A DNA stretch of 64,000 bases from Chitinophagaceae bacterium. GTDB lineage: Bacteria; Bacteroidota; Bacteroidia; Chitinophagales; UBA10324. The stretch spans positions 72,385-136,384 of the forward strand of contig JADKFU010000002.1 in NCBI GenBank assembly GCA_016717285.1, in the 5' to 3' direction. Made by a program: the position numbers and the translations under genes. Below, piece by piece: positions 8,014 to 17,507 of this stretch. Positions within the stretch are counted from its first letter, which is position 1. The number at the start of each line of letters is the position of its first letter. The notes beneath the pieces were generated by a model, which was not told the origin of the DNA, did not search any database, and saw nothing but the letters and a program-made list of their open reading frames with translations.

Positions 8014-11000
8014 ATGAGAATCAAGCTTTTCCTGCTCAACATTTTAGTATTTTCCTTCTATGCCGGAATGGCGCAAGAAAAAACTATAGCATTAAAGCAG
8101 CTTACCTCGGAGGATGGACTTTCTGATAACCAGGTAACCTGCATGCTTCGCGATAGCCAGGGATTCATGTGGTTCGGAACAAAGGATGGATTAAATAGGT
8201 ATGATGGCCGTGATTTTTATGTGTTCCGGCATCAACCGGATGATTCCACTTCTTTGTGCAGCAACAACATTACCTGTCTTGCTTACGATCTTGATTCTAT
8301 ACTTTGGATCGGTACTGTATCCGCAGGTTTTTGCTCTTACAATTTCCGCACGCAAAAATTTACCACTTACAACAAGAACCAGGTTGCACTTTTATCGGAC
8401 AACATCAATGTCATCAGGTTTGATTCGGCACGAAATGCACTTTGGCTGGGACTTATTAACGGCGGCTGGCAACTTTTCAGCCTGGAAAAAAAGGATTTCC
8501 TGGAAAAAAAAGATTTCCATTGGGCAAGGAGCTATTTTGATATTCTCTTTAAAGATTCAGCCGTTTTTGTTGCGTCGCTCATGCAGTCATTAAAAATAAT
8601 GACCTTTCCATACAAGGAGGATACTTTCCGCACCTCTGTTTCAGCGGCACGAACGATTAACAAAATGATTGCAGGCAGCGATGGCAACATCTGGTGTGGA
8701 GCGTGGGACAATGCGTTGCATGAATTCAATGACAAGACAGTTCTGTTGCAGAGTTACGTTTTTGACGGCACCGGAAAAATGAATTTTTCATCCGATGAAA
8801 TCATCAGCCTTGCAGAGGATAAAAATAAAATAGTATGGTGCGGCACTAAAAGCTCCGGCATTCATTTTTTTGATTTAAAAACTAAAATATTTTTTGATTT
8901 TCCTGTTTCAATACCAATAACTTCTAGGGTTAATTACATCTATCGTGATGATTATAACCGCATGTGGATTGGAAGCGATGAAGGAGTGTTTGTATATGAT
9001 GTTTTGCAAAACCAGTTCACGGTCACACATCTCCCTGTGCCCGGTAAGGACAATAGTTGCAGGGTATTTGACCGCGTGATTACTGACAGCGGTACAGAAT
9101 ATGTAGCGGCAGCTTGTGGACTGTTTTATAAAAAAAAGAATGAATGGAATTACCACTTCAAAACCTTTGATTACAGGAATGAGCGACTCCAACTTTTCAG
9201 CATATCAATGGATTCTGATGGTGCTATCTTGATAGGAACCAATAAAACAATGTTCATGCTCGACACGGTAACCATGGAGTTGCAATTAATTCCGGCAAAT
9301 CCATTGCTACAATCACTAAAATATTTCTCCATTTATTCTTCACGGGTAAACTGTATTTCCAACATCAGGATTGCCGGCCATCATTTTATTGCCGCATCTT
9401 TTTATGGTCATTTTATAACTATTGCTGATCGTGCACGAAAAAATTTATTCTGGCTGAGTGGGACGTTGAATAACAAATGGGTTGCAGAAAATCTTACCCG
9501 TAAGATATTCATCGATTCTCAGAACAGGATGTGGATTTGCGGCGCGTCGAAGGGAATTTCACAATTTTATTTACCGGGCGATTTTGATCCGCATTCATAT
9601 TCTGAAAATGACAGTTTGTTTCATCGGGTTGTGGTCGCTGAAAAAAACTGGAAGGATATACAAGAGAACCGCAGTGTATCCGTCAACGATGTTTATGATA
9701 TACTAGAAAATGATGACGGAAGCTTTTGGCTGACTTCTGAAAGCTCCGGATTAATGCGCTTTTTTCCGGACAGGGCTGACGCTCCATTCACTTTTATTAG
9801 AGGAGATTACCAAACACTTCAGGGAATCGCAAGGCAGGATGCCGACAACCTTTGGATCGTCACTTCTAAAGGACTTTTGAATTACAATGTCAGTATGAAC
9901 GCGTATAAATTGTATGATTTTAAACTGGGAGTGCCTCATGGAATCGGAGGATATTTTTTTGATGACCGGGATTCAATATTCAGTGTAGGGTTTGAAGGAG
10001 GATTTGTGTCATTCGATCCATGGAAAATTTTGAAGGACCCTGAAAAACCAAATGTATATGTTACCAGGCTGTGGGTGATGGATGAGTCACGTGATTCATT
10101 TCTTTCAAATAAACTCGTGCTGAATCACGATCAGAACTTTTTAAAATTTTATCTCTCTTCGAATTGCTTCTCCGGCAATGAACAGGTAACATACATGTAT
10201 CAGCTTACAGACATTGATGATGACTGGCGGACCAGTGATAACCCGTTTATCACTTACACCAATTTGCCTCCCGGTCATTTTAATTTTAAGTACAAGGCGA
10301 TCAACAGGGATGGTGTAGAAAGCGAAATCCGTTCGCTGTCTCTTAGCATCATTCCGCCATTTTACAAAACCATTTATTTTTATTTGACTGTCATCCTCCT
10401 GCTGTTGAGCACTGTGTATGGATTCTACCGCTACAGGATTCGCCAGATTTTAAAACTGCAGGAAGTACGGAATAAGATTGCACGCGATCTTCATGATGAT
10501 ATTGGCTCAACGATAGGAAGCATAAACTTTTACAGCCAGGTTGCCAATGTAAGGTTGAATAAGGAGGTTCATAAAGACACTAAAGGTATTCTCGAAAAAA
10601 TTGAAACGATGTCGCGGGAAATAATTGATAAAACAGGCGACGCTGTGTGGGCTGCCAATTCTGCAAATGATACAATGAATAGCCTGATGCTGCGTATTGA
10701 GAGTTATGCAGCCGCCATATTAGGAACCGCCGGTATTCGGTTTAGAATTAATTGGGATGAAAAATCAACAAACACTTTTTTGAAAATGGAAGAGCGTAAG
10801 AATCTTTTCCTTATTTATAAAGAAGCCATTCATAATATTATTAAGTATGCAGCAGCTTCTGAAGTTGAAATATCTGTTAACAGAAATGCTGACCGGTTGG
10901 AAATGTTGATTGCGGACAATGGAAAAGGATTTGACACACGCAACAATGCATATAATGGCAATGGAATAAAAAATATGAAAGCGCGCGCTGAAAGTATGAA

Positions 11001-11070
11001 TGGAACTTTTAGTATCACCAGCATGCAACACCAGGGTACCGTAATTAAAGTAGCTGTTTCAGACAATTGA
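8014..11070 (+). CDS. Sensor histidine kinase with two-component-regulator propeller repeats, a Y_Y_Y domain, HisKA_3 and HATPase
   Basis: 1018 aa with a signal/TM N-terminus. Repeated LSDN.V..ML.DS.GFMWFGT.DGLNRYDG-type propeller blades are present. Other elements are a Y_Y_Y-like VTYMYQL...WRTSDNPFITYTNLPPGHFNFKYKA, a TM segment (IYFYLTVILLLLSTVYGFY), the H-box IARDLHDDIGS, and a C-terminal ATPase (NGNGIKNM...GT). Confidence 0.85.
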   Translation: MRIKLFLLNILVFSFYAGMAQEKTIALKQLTSEDGLSDNQVTCMLRDSQGFMWFGTKDGLNRYDGRDFYVFRHQPDDSTSLCSNNITCLAYDLDSILWIGTVSAGFCSYNFRTQKFTTYNKNQVALLSDNINVIRFDSARNALWLGLINGGWQLFSLEKKDFLEKKDFHWARSYFDILFKDSAVFVASLMQSLKIMTFPYKEDTFRTSVSAARTINKMIAGSDGNIWCGAWDNALHEFNDKTVLLQSYVFDGTGKMNFSSDEIISLAEDKNKIVWCGTKSSGIHFFDLKTKIFFDFPVSIPITSRVNYIYRDDYNRMWIGSDEGVFVYDVLQNQFTVTHLPVPGKDNSCRVFDRVITDSGTEYVAAACGLFYKKKNEWNYHFKTFDYRNERLQLFSISMDSDGAILIGTNKTMFMLDTVTMELQLIPANPLLQSLKYFSIYSSRVNCISNIRIAGHHFIAASFYGHFITIADRARKNLFWLSGTLNNKWVAENLTRKIFIDSQNRMWICGASKGISQFYLPGDFDPHSYSENDSLFHRVVVAEKNWKDIQENRSVSVNDVYDILENDDGSFWLTSESSGLMRFFPDRADAPFTFIRGDYQTLQGIARQDADNLWIVTSKGLLNYNVSMNAYKLYDFKLGVPHGIGGYFFDDRDSIFSVGFEGGFVSFDPWKILKDPEKPNVYVTRLWVMDESRDSFLSNKLVLNHDQNFLKFYLSSNCFSGNEQVTYMYQLTDIDDDWRTSDNPFITYTNLPPGHFNFKYKAINRDGVESEIRSLSLSIIPPFYKTIYFYLTVILLLLSTVYGFYRYRIRQILKLQEVRNKIARDLHDDIGSTIGSINFYSQVANVRLNKEVHKDTKGILEKIETMSREIIDKTGDAVWAANSANDTMNSLMLRIESYAAAILGTAGIRFRINWDEKSTNTFLKMEERKNLFLIYKEAIHNIIKYAAASEVEISVNRNADRLEMLIADNGKGFDTRNNAYNGNGIKNMKARAESMNGTFSITSMQHQGTVIKVAVSDN

Positions 11071-11130
11071 CCATATCTGGTAATTTTTTATGACCGGGAA
11101 GATCAACACCTTTGCATTGAAAATCTGCTT

Positions 11131-11781
11131 ATGAAAAAATCACTTACGGTTTTATGCTTCGACGACAATAAGAATTTCTGTGATTCCGTGTGTCTGCTGC
11201 TATCAACAACAGAAAATATCAACGTGGCCGAGGCGTATGCTTCTTATGATGGCATGTCTGAAAATATTAGCATGTTAAAACCGGATGTTGTATTGATGGA
11301 TATTGATATACCGCCGGTAAGCGGAATCGAAGCGGTAAAAATAATCCGGAAAGATTTTCCGGAACTGCCCGTGCTTATGCTTACCGGATTTGAAGATGAT
11401 GAGAAAGTATTTTCGAGTCTCTGTGCAGGGGCCAATGGTTATATTTTAAAGAACAGTAAAATGGAAGCACTCATTCATCAGATTGAAGAAGTATATGCTG
11501 GCGGATCTCCGATGACGCCCGTTATCGCACGTAAAGTACTCAACCAGTTTGCCAGGTTACAGCCGTCAAATTCAACCAAAGAAGAATTTAATCTAAGCAG
11601 TCGTGAAAAGGAAGTGCTTCAGCTTTTGGTTACCGGTAAATCATATAAAATGATTGCGGGAGAGTTATGCATCAGCTATGAAACAGTGCATTCCCGGATA
11701 CGAAGAATTTATGAGAAACTGCAGGTCAATTCTATTGGCGAGGCAGTTTCAAAAACCATCATACAGAAGATTCTCAAATAA
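11131..11781 (+). CDS. Response regulator, NarL/FixJ family (REC + LuxR-type HTH)
   Basis: 216 aa. Receiver region (DVVLMDIDIPPVSGIE, MLTGF) plus a C-terminal LSSREKEVLQLLVTGKSYKMIAGELCISYETVHSRIRRIYEKLQV. Confidence 0.9.
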   Translation: MKKSLTVLCFDDNKNFCDSVCLLLSTTENINVAEAYASYDGMSENISMLKPDVVLMDIDIPPVSGIEAVKIIRKDFPELPVLMLTGFEDDEKVFSSLCAGANGYILKNSKMEALIHQIEEVYAGGSPMTPVIARKVLNQFARLQPSNSTKEEFNLSSREKEVLQLLVTGKSYKMIAGELCISYETVHSRIRRIYEKLQVNSIGEAVSKTIIQKILK

Positions 11782-12082
11782 CTGCGCCCACCAAAATCTA
11801 TTGGCAATAATTGTATTTCATTCACCTTTGAATATGGTGTTGGTTCTAATTGACGCTTCATTATTTCGAAAGCAAACACGTTGTTGAATTTGCTTGCCAA
11901 TAATAAACCATTATTCAACTATTTATACGTGTTGCGAACGAATTGAAATGTTTTCGCACTGTAATATTTTCACCAGAATTGGTAATTGACTTTCTTATTC
12001 CCAAGCAGCAATTTTGTCGGGCTGATTTTCATCATTCAATTTGAAAGTCCGAAAGAAATTCAAAAACCAAAATTGTCTTCTT

Positions 12083-15000
12083 ATGAAAAACAAAAACACA
12101 CTGCGCACCATGCTGCTGCAAATGAAATGCATTCCTGTATTTATTTTCGCATTGGTTGTAATGGGTTTAACAAGCAGGAAGGCTAACGCCCAACTGTATA
12201 CACGTACTACTTTTAATGCAGCGTATACTGCTATCAATGCAGGCAGTGGAGCAACAGTTTCAACGGCAACTGGTAATGATGTAAACCAAACAGCCATTCC
12301 ACTTGGTTTCACGTTTACTTATGCAGGAGTTAATTACACAACTGTTGGCTTAAACACCAACGGATTATTATTTTTTGATGCCGTGGCGCCCGTTGCTGCT
12401 GAAGGAGCTTACAACAACAACATGTATGTGTCAGGAGCCGGTGGCACTGATAAAAGTATCAGCGCATGGTGGGCAGATATGACTGATGATGCGTCATCTG
12501 ATATTTTGTACCAGACACAAGGCACTGCCGGCAGCCAGACTTTTACCGTTCAGTATACCAACTATCCACATTTCACGGGAACTGGTGGCACCAACGTTCG
12601 ATTAAACTTCCAGGTAATTTTTTACGAAGGCACCAATGTAATAGAGTTTCGTTATGGCTCAAGGACTATTACAGGACCGCCAACAAGTTTAGGGGGAGCC
12701 TGTATAGGAATTGAATATGGTACAGGTGGCGCTGGAAATTTTATTGACCTTGTTACCGGCTCTGGTCAAACTTCACATGGCCTGCTAAGTCCTTTGGTGG
12801 CATGGCCTTCTTACAATTACCGATTGACACCCGGAGCACCCACACCTGTTGCAACAGGAACGTATAATGTAGGCATAGGACAAACCTATTCCAGTCTTAC
12901 GCTTGCTACTTCTGACCTTAATCACCGGGGTATTTCAGGACCCGTGACACTTAACCTTACCGATGCCACCTACGATACCACAACAGCAAACGGAAGCCAC
13001 ATCTTTCCTGTTTTTGCAGGTCCTTTTAAAGGCTCAAGCTCTGTTAATACGGTAACTATTGCTAAAACAGGAACACCAGCTACATTTTCTTACAGGGGTT
13101 CTCCTGTTGTTCAGGGAGGCGGTTTTGGATATGGCAGTACTGCTGGGTTGGGTGCTATTTCTAATAATGAAGAACCCATTATGGGTGTTTGTGCACGTTA
13201 CACAACTATCAGTAATATTAATCTTGTTTCGCTGGGAACAAAAGCAAGTGATGTAGAGACAGGATTAATGGTTTTTGAATCTTTCGGTGGCGACTCTGGC
13301 GCGCAATATAATGTGTTTGATAAAATTACTGTTGACATGGACCGCACCAACACGAGTACCATTGGAATTTTTTCTAAGAGTATTACAAACCCGGGAGGGG
13401 GGCAGGGGACCAATTCAAATAATACATTCAGGGACATAACGATTCGCGATTCTTATGCAGGGATAAATATTGCGGGTGGTACAACATTCGACGTAGGTAA
13501 CCAAATCGTCTCCTCATCGTGTACTACTTTTAATTCGATAGGTGACCCCAATGTACCCAATGACATTGGAGGAGGTAGTTCTTCAACGTACGGCATCTGG
13601 ATGCAAAACCAGGATTATTTTACTATAAGAAATAATGTAATACGTAATTTATCAACGTCAAGCGCTTCTGCCTCAGTGGACGGAATCCTGGTACCGGCAG
13701 GAACGGGCACCTGTGAAATAAGTAATAACATCATCAGAACATTAAAGAGAAATAATGCTTCATTTGGCGGCATCCCTAAAGTTTGTGGCATCCGGGTGGC
13801 TTCTCCTAATTCTTCTAATACCTTCAGGATTTTTAATAACAGCATCAGTGAGCTGTTAACATCGTACACCGGTGTTGCAACAGCCACGCGTGATGTTAGA
13901 GGAATTTATATTGATGACACAGGTTCTGGCGCAATCACTTTTGATATCTGGAATAACAGTATTAGCATTGATGGTAGTTCTTCTCCTAATGCATCAAATG
14001 CTTGTTTAGAAATTGCTGAAGTCGGTACCCGAACATTTAATATAAAGAATAATGTTTTCGCAAATTTCACTGCCGCACAAACCGGTGTTGCAAGTCATTT
14101 TTGCATTATAAGTCCAACCATTGACAAGTATGGAGTTCTTGGTTCTCTGTCAGATTATAATGACTTGTATATTGCCAACGACCAGGGAATATCAGGACAT
14201 GTTGGAAAAGGTGCAACAACTAACTACTCCACACTTGCAGCATGGCAGTCGGGTATGAGTTTCAATATGGGTACTGATGCCAATTCCAATTCAGCAAATC
14301 CTTTCTTCGCCAATAACATCAGCAATTTGCATGGCACTTTTGCTTCTGCTGCAATTGAAAGTGAGGGCACCACACCACCTGCATATATTTTCGCAGATAT
14401 TGATTGCCAGTTGTTGCATGTACCCTCCGATATCGGATCAGATGATTTTGCACTTTGCATGCCGGAAGGCGGGAATATTTCACCTGCTTCGGTTAGCGTT
14501 TGTACAAATGCTGTTTATAACATGTCAGCAACAGCATTCGGTACCGATCCTGGAATCACTTTCCAATGGATGATATCAGGCACTTCAGGCGGACCTTACT
14601 CAAATGTGTCTGCCGGAAGCGGAGCTACCACTCCTTCTTACACCACAGCAAAACTTAATACAGGCACTTACTATTATGTATTGCAGGCCACTTGTCCTGT
14701 ATCAGGAACTGATTTATCGAATGAGCTGACTGTTACTGTAAAATCACTTCCAACCGCTACGATCACTCCTGCGGGTCCTACGACATTTTGTAAAGGTGGA
14801 AGTGTGGATTTAAATGCAACGGTTGCTGCAAACAGAGCCTATCAATGGAAGAAAGGAAGCAGTGACATTGCCGGTGCGACTTTGTCAACATACACAGTAA
14901 CAGAAAAGGGCAGTTACAAGGTCGTAGTAACAAATACTTCTACCGGATGCTCAAAAACATCAGCAGCCATATCAATAACAGTTAACAACTTGCCCACTGC

Positions 15001-15484
15001 AACCATTACTCCGCAGGGACCCACCACTTTCTGTGAAGGAGGTAGCGTGGTATTACAGGCAAACACCGGAACAGGTTACACTTATAAATGGAAGAAAGGA
15101 AGCAGCTTTATTTCGGGCGCTACTTTGTCAAGCTATACCGCGACTACGGAAGCAAATTATAAAGTAGAAGTATCAGATGGTAACGGTTGCTCAAAACTAT
15201 CTGCGGCAACATCGGTGAGTGTTCCGTGCAGGGAATCAGAAAATGCAATGATTTTAACTGAAGAGTCTGTGTCTATTTTCCCAAACCCGGCTACTGCTGA
15301 ATTGAATATCGTACTTCCGGCAAATGGAAATTTTGAATTTGAAATTTCAAGTGTAACAGGTGAAAAAATGTTGCGCGAACAAAATCAAAACAGTGTTGAT
15401 GTTTCAGATTTGGCTGATGGAGTTTATTTTATAAAGATTTATACAGCTGATTTTATAACCACTCATAAATTCGTGAAGCAATAA
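12083..15484 (+). CDS. Secreted beta-helix/Ig-repeat protein with a T9SS C-terminal sorting domain
   Basis: Internal ATG (MKNKNTLRTMLLQMKCIPVFIFALVVMGLTSRKANAQ signal peptide). It contains NN.I..L parallel-beta-helix-like repeats and two Ig-like units (LPTATITP.GPTTFC.GGSV.L.A...Y.WKKGSS.I.GATLS.YT). The C-terminus FPNPATAELNIVL...GVYFIKIYT...KFVKQ is a Por_Secre_tail-type CTD. Confidence 0.8.
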   Translation: MKNKNTLRTMLLQMKCIPVFIFALVVMGLTSRKANAQLYTRTTFNAAYTAINAGSGATVSTATGNDVNQTAIPLGFTFTYAGVNYTTVGLNTNGLLFFDAVAPVAAEGAYNNNMYVSGAGGTDKSISAWWADMTDDASSDILYQTQGTAGSQTFTVQYTNYPHFTGTGGTNVRLNFQVIFYEGTNVIEFRYGSRTITGPPTSLGGACIGIEYGTGGAGNFIDLVTGSGQTSHGLLSPLVAWPSYNYRLTPGAPTPVATGTYNVGIGQTYSSLTLATSDLNHRGISGPVTLNLTDATYDTTTANGSHIFPVFAGPFKGSSSVNTVTIAKTGTPATFSYRGSPVVQGGGFGYGSTAGLGAISNNEEPIMGVCARYTTISNINLVSLGTKASDVETGLMVFESFGGDSGAQYNVFDKITVDMDRTNTSTIGIFSKSITNPGGGQGTNSNNTFRDITIRDSYAGINIAGGTTFDVGNQIVSSSCTTFNSIGDPNVPNDIGGGSSSTYGIWMQNQDYFTIRNNVIRNLSTSSASASVDGILVPAGTGTCEISNNIIRTLKRNNASFGGIPKVCGIRVASPNSSNTFRIFNNSISELLTSYTGVATATRDVRGIYIDDTGSGAITFDIWNNSISIDGSSSPNASNACLEIAEVGTRTFNIKNNVFANFTAAQTGVASHFCIISPTIDKYGVLGSLSDYNDLYIANDQGISGHVGKGATTNYSTLAAWQSGMSFNMGTDANSNSANPFFANNISNLHGTFASAAIESEGTTPPAYIFADIDCQLLHVPSDIGSDDFALCMPEGGNISPASVSVCTNAVYNMSATAFGTDPGITFQWMISGTSGGPYSNVSAGSGATTPSYTTAKLNTGTYYYVLQATCPVSGTDLSNELTVTVKSLPTATITPAGPTTFCKGGSVDLNATVAANRAYQWKKGSSDIAGATLSTYTVTEKGSYKVVVTNTSTGCSKTSAAISITVNNLPTATITPQGPTTFCEGGSVVLQANTGTGYTYKWKKGSSFISGATLSSYTATTEANYKVEVSDGNGCSKLSAATSVSVPCRESENAMILTEESVSIFPNPATAELNIVLPANGNFEFEISSVTGEKMLREQNQNSVDVSDLADGVYFIKIYTADFITTHKFVKQ

Positions 15485-15514
15485 TGAGCAGGAATTATCC
15501 ATCAGTGCCGAATT

Positions 15515-15550
15515 CCACCGTATCTCCTCTGAAGGATACGGTGGCTTTGA
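15515..15550 (+). terminator. Candidate intrinsic terminator after the 12083-15484 gene
   Basis: Perfect 10-bp stem ccaccgtatc (15515-15524) / gatacggtgg (15535-15544) with a 10-nt loop, followed by cttt. The T tract is short. Confidence 0.4.
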
Positions 15551-15569
15551 ATAAATGTCTGAAAGAAAT

Positions 15570-15884
15570 TCACCGCTCCACTAAAAATTTTCCTCTGTAA
15601 ATTTTATTTTTTGACGAAGCAGTTATGAAATACATGCCACTGCTCAGCTCACTCACATCCAATTCAAATTTTGATTTGTGAAGGTGATTGAATACCTGTA
15701 GGTGTGTACCATTGATGGAGAAGATGGAGAGTGATTCGATGAGGTTTGAAAATTCTACAGACAGTTTTGAATTTGCAGGAATAGGAAACAGTAGTATGTT
15801 TCCTGTTTGAGTGAAACTTAAATGATCATCATCAACCCCGACAACCTTGGGTTTGAATTTTAAGAAAACCCATAGGAAATCAGG
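15570..15884 (-). pseudogene. Orphan T9SS C-terminal sorting domain remnant (no start codon)
   Basis: A minus-strand open frame bounded by stops has no usable upstream Met. It reads ...GNILLFPIPANSKLSVEFSNLIESLSIFSINGTHLQVFNHLHKSKFELDVSELSSGMYFITASSKNKIYRGKFLVER*, which matches the CTD pattern of the intact neighbours. Confidence 0.55.
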
Positions 15885-16229
15885 TTAGCAATTCAAAGCA
15901 CTCTTGTGCCATCAATGTAACCTGAATCTTAACGGTAGAAACTTTCCATTTTCACTCCGCATGGATGCAAAAATAAATGCCATTGTTAAATCAGATCCGC
16001 CGGAAGAGTTGTTGGATTTTTTATCTGTTGAAACATAGTTGAATGGCAGGAAACTCGTTTTGAAAGATATATATTTCACATTGGGATTTTACATCACTGA
16101 TACTTTATCAGGATCACGGAATATCTAAACTAATGGGAAGAGTTTGTTTTTCTGTCAGATCAATATGACATTGAAATTATCATCAAAAAATGGCAAGTAT
16201 CATTTTCCGGATTATAGAATCCCAACTCA

Positions 16230-17498
16230 TCACGCTGAAACTTCCCGGTTCACTCTGTCAGCATTTACGTTCGCGGCAGGAAGGGCTATAGTAAAAACAG
16301 CTCCTTCATTCAATTTGCTTCGCGCGGATATATGCCCGTTATGTTCTTCCACGATTTTCTTACAGAGCGCCAGTCCTATGCCGGTTCCCTTATATGCGGA
16401 AGCGCCATGGAGTCGCACAAACATCCCGAAAATTTTTTCGGAATAGACCTGATCGAAGCCTATACCATTATCTTCCAGATAGATTCTGTAATATTTATTT
16501 TTTACTTCCACACCATCGGTCCGGTCGTCGTCAGATTTTGCAAAAATGCGAATAAGCGGGTCTGTATTCTCCCTGCGATATTTAATGGCATTGTTGACCA
16601 GGTTATTGAATAGCAGTCGTATTAACTCAGGGATGACTTCCAATGATGGGAGTGGCTCCAAAACCACTGTAACATTCTTGTCGCTCAATTCCTGTTCGTA
16701 CTCGTCAAGGATCTCTTTCATTATGATGTTGAGGTCCGTTTTAACAAACTTTTTTTGCTGTATCGATATCTTCGAAAAGGCCAATATATCCCTGATCAAT
16801 GTTTGCATGCGTTCAGCAGATTTCTCAATCCGGTCAATATATTTTTTTGAATCCTCATTAATCAAATCTCCGAGGCTGGAACCTAACCGTTCACTGAAGG
16901 TTCTTATTTTTCGCAAAGGCTCCTGTAGATCATGCGAGGCCATAAAAGCAAAATTGTCGAGGTCCTTATTGGCAGCTTCCAGCCGGTCAATATTTTCAAT
17001 AAGCGCTTTGTTAAGTGCCTTTATTTTTTCCTCCGATGACTTTCGTTCCCTGATCTCTGATTCAAGGTTCCTGTTGATCAGCGTAAGTTTCTGTTCCTGA
17101 ATGAGCAACCTGTGATTTTTTCTATACAGTTCAACGAATACCGCCACCTTCGCACTCAGCAGCGCAGGATCGACGGGTTTGTAGATGTAGTCGACACCAC
17201 CCAATTGATACCCTTTAAAAATATTTTCCTCACCATAATTGTGGGCGGTGATAAAGACGATTGGAATGTGCCGCAACTTCTCCCGTTCATAAATCAGCGA
17301 TGCCGTTTCAAATCCATTCATGTTAGGCATTTGAACATCCATCAGTATCAAGGCAAAATCATAATCCTGCAACAAGATTTTCAGCGCGGATTTTCCGGAG
17401 TTTGCTTTTACTATAACATAGCCATCAGGCATTAAGATGGCTTCTATTGACATCAGGTTATCCGGGCGATCATCCACTAAAAGAATCCTGGGCTGCAT
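16230..17498 (-). CDS. Response-regulator receiver fused to a histidine kinase (REC-coiled coil-HisKA-HATPase)
   Basis: 422 aa. N-terminal REC (ILLVDDRPDNL...ALILMDVQMPNMNGFE...YIYKP), H-box FAFMASHDLQEPLRKI, and ATPase motifs (EDNGIGFD, GTGIGLALCKKIV). The start lies 9 nt after the stop of the upstream hybrid kinase. Confidence 0.85.
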   Translation of the reverse strand: MQPRILLVDDRPDNLMSIEAILMPDGYVIVKANSGKSALKILLQDYDFALILMDVQMPNMNGFETASLIYEREKLRHIPIVFITAHNYGEENIFKGYQLGGVDYIYKPVDPALLSAKVAVFVELYRKNHRLLIQEQKLTLINRNLESEIRERKSSEEKIKALNKALIENIDRLEAANKDLDNFAFMASHDLQEPLRKIRTFSERLGSSLGDLINEDSKKYIDRIEKSAERMQTLIRDILAFSKISIQQKKFVKTDLNIIMKEILDEYEQELSDKNVTVVLEPLPSLEVIPELIRLLFNNLVNNAIKYRRENTDPLIRIFAKSDDDRTDGVEVKNKYYRIYLEDNGIGFDQVYSEKIFGMFVRLHGASAYKGTGIGLALCKKIVEEHNGHISARSKLNEGAVFTIALPAANVNADRVNREVSA

Positions 17499-17507
17499 CT
17501 TACATTG

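Noticed and set aside
16144-17435. Plus-strand ORFs (93-184 aa) overlapping the REC-HK gene
   Set aside because: They are antisense to a gene with clear receiver and kinase motifs, and their Ser/Ile-rich translations are typical of shadow frames.
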